Part shown: piece by piece, positions 59,714 through 64,000 of the stretch
How positions within the stretch are numbered: position 1 is the stretch's first letter
Layout of the letters: each line of letters opens with the position of its first letter
Assembly: GCA_963932905.1 (NCBI GenBank)
Contig: CAWVRN010000013.1
Location: forward strand, 46,472 to 110,471
Length of the DNA: 64,000 bases
Direction: 5' to 3'
Source of the DNA: an uncultured Bdellovibrio sp.
GTDB lineage: Bacteria > Bdellovibrionota > Bdellovibrionia > Bdellovibrionales > Bdellovibrionaceae
The notes under the pieces: model-generated
What the model saw: only the letters and a program-made list of their open reading frames with translations
The model's database searches: none
Told to the model about the DNA's origin: nothing
Translations under genes and position numbers: made by a program

Positions 59714-60987
59714 TAGTTAACCCCGGCTGGTTTATAACGGAATTGTTCCATATCGACGTCACTCGGTGCTTCATCATGTGCGTGAGGAAGATCACCTTTT
59801 AACATCACTTTTTCTACTGTCTTAGAAATATCAGGAACTATGAATGCCTTTTCACCAAAGCTGACTTTTTTCATCAACGATAGATCTACTTTTAAACGTT
59901 CGCGAGGAATTTCAGAAATGCCTCTTTTATCAAATAAACCCTGATTCAACTTATTAAACACGCTGTAACCGTGAATTCTATTTTGTTCGTCTAACCATTC
60001 AGCCATTTGACCATGGGTGATACATTTTACTTCGGGCAATATACAAACATCGCGAACAAAACGTTGCAATGCTTTCCAATAAATACCTTTGTTCCATAAC
60101 GAAAAGTGGTGACCAATGCTTAAAGGCATACGGTTGCCGTAGTAATCTTTTAAGAAGGCTTGAATATAGGAATAGTATGTTTGCTTTTCGTAATAAGCTA
60201 AAAGTTTGTCATCAATAGTTTTACATTCACCCGCATTGCTTGGATTGAAAACGCCGCCACACTGGCCGTAAAGTACGTTGTAGTCCATTGCCACCGTTTC
60301 ACGTGTCGTTCCCGCTAAACCGATTCGCGATAAACCAATATTCCATAAATCGGGAGTGTGTTTATTTGGCCATTTGCCTTTTAAAACTTGGCTGGCGTCG
60401 TAGGCATATTTAAAATCAGTTAGTACTTTGCCCGTAATAGATACTTGCCCAGCTAACAGGGGTGCCCGGAAGCCTTTGATTCCCGCATTCAGAGTAGATT
60501 CCCACTGGTTCGCAAATCGTGTGTTCATTGTGGGATAAAAGCTAAATACTTTTTCAACTAGACGGTGAAATTCAGTAAATTCTTTTGTCCATTCTTCGTA
60601 TGTCCAATACGAACCATCAAAATGTCCGTTAACATGCGAACCAATTTCCATGGCTGGATTCATTTCTGCTAAACCGTGCCAAACAGATTCTGTACGGCGC
60701 TGGATATCACCCAAATCGTCTTCGGCAAAACCGATGTCAGATGCGCCAGCTTTACGTTTTGGAGGCTGATAATTAAGCCTATCTTTCTTCCGCAAGAAAT
60801 AGACTCCGCTGATGAAATAAGTAAACTGACCTTTAACATCTTGGCTTAACTTAAAAGTTTCTTTCCAGAAGTTATGGCTTTTAGATCCATCAAATGAAAT
60901 CAAAACAAATTGTGGTGGCCTATCTAAGGCTTGTGAAAAACCAACGACCGACATTAACAACATAGAAATAAATAACTTAAGCTTCAT
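59713..60987 (-). CDS. Secreted polysaccharide deacetylase (CE4/NodB-like)
   Basis: ISFDG, TYFISG, EIGSHVNGH, GFRAP, MDYN, GHH. Confidence 0.8.
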   Translation of the reverse strand: MKLKLFISMLLMSVVGFSQALDRPPQFVLISFDGSKSHNFWKETFKLSQDVKGQFTYFISGVYFLRKKDRLNYQPPKRKAGASDIGFAEDDLGDIQRRTESVWHGLAEMNPAMEIGSHVNGHFDGSYWTYEEWTKEFTEFHRLVEKVFSFYPTMNTRFANQWESTLNAGIKGFRAPLLAGQVSITGKVLTDFKYAYDASQVLKGKWPNKHTPDLWNIGLSRIGLAGTTRETVAMDYNVLYGQCGGVFNPSNAGECKTIDDKLLAYYEKQTYYSYIQAFLKDYYGNRMPLSIGHHFSLWNKGIYWKALQRFVRDVCILPEVKCITHGQMAEWLDEQNRIHGYSVFNKLNQGLFDKRGISEIPRERLKVDLSLMKKVSFGEKAFIVPDISKTVEKVMLKGDLPHAHDEAPSDVDMEQFRYKPAGVN

Positions 60988-61768
60988 GATCCCAGCCTTT
61001 TACTTTTTGGTGCTTTCTTGAATAAATAGAACCATTTTTCATTACTTCCTCACGTAGAGATTTTCTAATCAGAGGTGGACTATCAAACCACGTGCTTTCT
61101 TCATTGGGCAAGATCGTGATCACGGTTAAATCCTCCTTTTTAATTTCTTCAACTAATGCATCAAGCGCAACTAAAGTTGTTTTGCGTCCGGTAGATAATG
61201 CAACTATGCCGCGGTATCTTTCGCGTTTCAAACTATCGCGGATACTTTGCGCGGGATCTTCTGCGAAATATTCAATATTCCAGTAAAAAGCAAACGCTCC
61301 ACTTTCCTTGATTAGTTCACGTGCGGCGACACCGCCTTGACGAGGAGCCAATCGAACAAATGGGTAAACCAAACCGTTACTGGCGTATACAGCTTCATGG
61401 CCAATTTGTATTTCGGCCTGGATAGATGTTTCATTGGTCCATTTAGATCTATCTGTCGGGGCCGCTAAACCTTGCGATCCAAGAATATGACCGGCCAAAA
61501 TAATGTCACGGACCAGTTCTGAATTGGCTGCGGCATCATCGCCCGTTACAAAAAAATGAGCTTTGAGTTTTTCGTCACCTAGCTTTTTAAGAATCTGTGG
61601 CAGTAGGACTGGGTCTAATTTTCCAGCAAATGTGATCACGACTTCCCGTGAAAACAAGCGATCATCAAAAATCAAATGGCTATCACGCACTTTTAGTCGT
61701 CGAACGTCAGTGTTAATAGCAAGTGCCGGTAAGGCAAACAGCAAATAGAATAGTAAACCGGTTTTCAT
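60977..61768 (-). CDS. Degenerate polysaccharide deacetylase-like protein
   Basis: NodB layout, but TFDDG is TFAGK and HxxxH is SQGLA. Confidence 0.7.
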   Translation of the reverse strand: MKTGLLFYLLFALPALAINTDVRRLKVRDSHLIFDDRLFSREVVITFAGKLDPVLLPQILKKLGDEKLKAHFFVTGDDAAANSELVRDIILAGHILGSQGLAAPTDRSKWTNETSIQAEIQIGHEAVYASNGLVYPFVRLAPRQGGVAARELIKESGAFAFYWNIEYFAEDPAQSIRDSLKRERYRGIVALSTGRKTTLVALDALVEEIKKEDLTVITILPNEESTWFDSPPLIRKSLREEVMKNGSIYSRKHQKVKGWDHEA

Positions 61769-61882
61769 AATACCCCGGGTTTATAATCTATTTAATGGCT
61801 GAATAAAATATTAATTATACCAACTGTACGGAGTTCAAGCCTGTCAAATCTTTCGACACCAAAGGCGCTGCCGGAAGGGCTT

Positions 61883-62887
61883 CTAATAGCGATAAGCTAA
61901 GTTTCGATCTATCTGGTCTTGAGCCCTAAAATCACGCGGGGGGACTCCTGTGATACGCTTAAATACTTTAGAAAAACTAAAAGGGTCGCTATATCCAACG
62001 GCTTCCGCGATCGATTCAATATTATCGTTGGTCGTCGAGAGTAACGCCCGCGCTTTTTGCATACGTAAAACCGTTAAATAATGTAAAGGTGTATCACCCA
62101 GGTGTTTTTTGAATTTTTGTGCTAAACCCGCACGGGACAAACCAACAGCTTTTGCCAATTCTTCCAACGTCCAATCTTTTTCAACCTGAGCATGCAGCAA
62201 TTCGATCGCTTTTTTCACGGCATCATTTTGAACAGCATGACTCCATGTTTTCGGCTTGTTGCTTTTAGCTTGGACGATCTTGCGGACTATAAATGAAAAC
62301 ACGATATCTAATAAATTTTGAATCACCATTTCTGAGCCCATTTGTGGTTCAGCGGCTTCCCGGGATAACAGACCCAAAGCCACCTGGATTTGACCAAAAC
62401 TTTCGATCTCTTCATTTCTAAGTAAAAAAACATCCGGTAGTTCTTTAAAGAATGGATGCAAAGGATCGTTCCACAATTGATAGGCACCGCTAATCAGCGT
62501 TGCTTTCGGAGTGATATTTTTTTTGGGTATTTTAATTTCGTTAATATGATCGATACTAAGTGCTGACTTAAAATCTTTTTCTTTCAGTTTAGGTTCAGAA
62601 CTTAAGTAGTGATTAAACCCACGGGCCATCACTGCGATATCACCGCGCTTTAAACGCACGGGTTCTTTTTCATTATTTATATATAGGTACGCTTCACCTT
62701 GAGTCACAACATGAAATCCAATACTGCGGTTGCAGGGAAACTGTAACGTGATCGGCTCATATATAGACCTTTGATTTAGAATCTTACGTTTCAAATCAGC
62801 CTGTTTAAATATATCGTCTAAAATATCCATATATTTATACTCCTGAACATGTTTTTTGTACTTATACCCATTAAAAGTATAATTCAT
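61883..62887 (-). CDS. AraC-family regulator (cupin + HTH)
   Basis: FHVVTQGE, WTLEELAKAVGLSRA, IAEAVGY...FSKVFKR..G..P. Confidence 0.93.
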   Translation of the reverse strand: MNYTFNGYKYKKHVQEYKYMDILDDIFKQADLKRKILNQRSIYEPITLQFPCNRSIGFHVVTQGEAYLYINNEKEPVRLKRGDIAVMARGFNHYLSSEPKLKEKDFKSALSIDHINEIKIPKKNITPKATLISGAYQLWNDPLHPFFKELPDVFLLRNEEIESFGQIQVALGLLSREAAEPQMGSEMVIQNLLDIVFSFIVRKIVQAKSNKPKTWSHAVQNDAVKKAIELLHAQVEKDWTLEELAKAVGLSRAGLAQKFKKHLGDTPLHYLTVLRMQKARALLSTTNDNIESIAEAVGYSDPFSFSKVFKRITGVPPRDFRAQDQIDRNLAYRY

Positions 62888-62939
62888 ATCCGCTATATTA
62901 GCAATATACCAACTGCATAAATTGCAAAGGAGCTTTCAA

Positions 62940-63776
62940 ATGAGTCAAACATTAATTATCGGATCTAGCGGCACGGTCGGCACGGAATTAGCCAAAATTC
63001 TAAAATCCAAAGGCCAAAACATCGTCCTTGCCACAAGTAAAAAAGAACTTAAACCCGGACAAGTTCATTTGAATCTAGTGAACCACGAAGGCCTTGAAAA
63101 AGCGTTCGAAAACATAGATCGCCTATTCCTATTGTCACCTCCAGGATTCACAAACCAAGATCAGCTGTTAAATCCCGTCATTGAAATGGCTAAAAAGAAA
63201 AAGGTAAAAAAAGTCGTCCTAATGACAGCCATGGGAGTTAACGCCAACGACGCAGCTCCATTAAGACAAGTTGAAATCCACTTAGAAAAATCGGGATTAA
63301 ACTACAATATCATTCGCCCAAATTGGTTCATGCAAAACTTCAATACATTTTGGATTCACGGAATCAATAGCGACGGCAAAATCTATTTACCCGTAGCCAA
63401 AGCCAAAGGCAGCTTCATTGACGCCCGTGACATCGCCGCAGTAGCCGGCGAACTATTGCTGTCAGATAAATTCAACAACAAAGATTTCGACCTAACAGGC
63501 ACAGACGTCATCAACCACGACCAAGTAGCAGACATCCTAAGCACTGTAACCGGAAGAAAAATAACCTACCAAGACATCGAACCAGCCGTAATGCTAAAAT
63601 CACTACTAGGCGCCGGCCTACCAAACGACTACGCCAATTTTATGTTAGTAATTTTAGACTTCTTCAAACAAGGATACTCCGAACGCACAACCGACGCGAT
63701 CGAAAAAATCACCGGCAAAAAACCAATTTCATTCAAGAAATACGCAGAGGATTATAAATCGTCTTGGACTAAGTAG
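62940..63776 (+). CDS. NmrA-like NAD(P)H-binding oxidoreductase
   Basis: AAGGAG RBS, GSSGTVG, IRPNWFMQN, IDARDIA; divergent from AraC. Confidence 0.9.
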   Translation: MSQTLIIGSSGTVGTELAKILKSKGQNIVLATSKKELKPGQVHLNLVNHEGLEKAFENIDRLFLLSPPGFTNQDQLLNPVIEMAKKKKVKKVVLMTAMGVNANDAAPLRQVEIHLEKSGLNYNIIRPNWFMQNFNTFWIHGINSDGKIYLPVAKAKGSFIDARDIAAVAGELLLSDKFNNKDFDLTGTDVINHDQVADILSTVTGRKITYQDIEPAVMLKSLLGAGLPNDYANFMLVILDFFKQGYSERTTDAIEKITGKKPISFKKYAEDYKSSWTK

Positions 63777-63783
63777 GGATTTT

Positions 63784-64000
63784 CCGGGCAACCGGGCCCC
63801 CTGGCTCCCCGGGGCTAAAACCGGCTGCAGCTGGGCGCCGCCGGTGTGGGTATTTTTTGTAATTGCCTTGATCTCTTTTTCTTAAGCGTCAATTCAAGCT
63901 CGGTCTTCCATTGAAGAGAGTATTTAAAAAAGACATGAAAAAAACGAGTTCCGCAGACAGGCGTTCAGCGCCGGCGAGGACTGCCGAGGCTTTTTTTATG
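63784..64000. repeat. GC-rich palindromic (REP-like/structured) element
   Basis: Tandem hairpins CCGG-GCAA-CCGG, GCCCC..GGGGC, ACCGGC..GCCGGT; then a long imperfect stem CATGAAAAAAA...TTTTTTTATG enclosing GCAG/CTGC and GGCG-TTCAG-CGCC. Confidence 0.5.

Noticed and set aside
232..61748. Many short ORFs in the track lying antisense or out of frame within long genes (e.g. 552..818, 24476..24862, 27183..27695, 42725..43135, 56026..56250)
   Set aside because: Fully nested in well-supported genes, with no motifs; shadow ORFs

Overview
Bacterial chromosomal window, most likely from a Bdellovibrionota-like predator. This is inferred from gene content (prepilin/S74 fibres, many Cys-bridged secreted proteins, orphan kinases), not proven. 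The flanks hold ordinary genes: a fatty-acid/acyl-CoA cluster, bamE, secA, trmL, glnS, an RND pump, an M13 peptidase, cls and AraC/NmrA. Between them (~6.2-32.4 kb) lies a mostly AT-richer accessory region, which is the main finding. Its core is a tightly coupled 12-gene minus-strand operon (27881->16156). It starts with three type IV prepilin-like proteins fused to phage tail-fibre S74 autocleaving chaperones and a small fibre-chaperone protein. It continues with four radical SAM enzymes (SPASM-type C-termini) around a 215-aa fibre-like protein ending in WCHSSCHGSCHGARGRR, a plausible modification substrate. Nearby are two more radical SAM enzymes (one cobalamin-dependent), three 2OG-Fe(II) oxygenases, two four-member families of unknown paralogs, and a Tat-exported T4-type tail/baseplate module. 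Working hypothesis: a phage-derived system that post-translationally modifies a fibre-tip or adhesin protein, grafted onto a type IV pilus. No rRNA, tRNA, CRISPR array, integrase or transposase was recognised. Family assignments come from motifs read by eye, and novelty could not be checked against databases.
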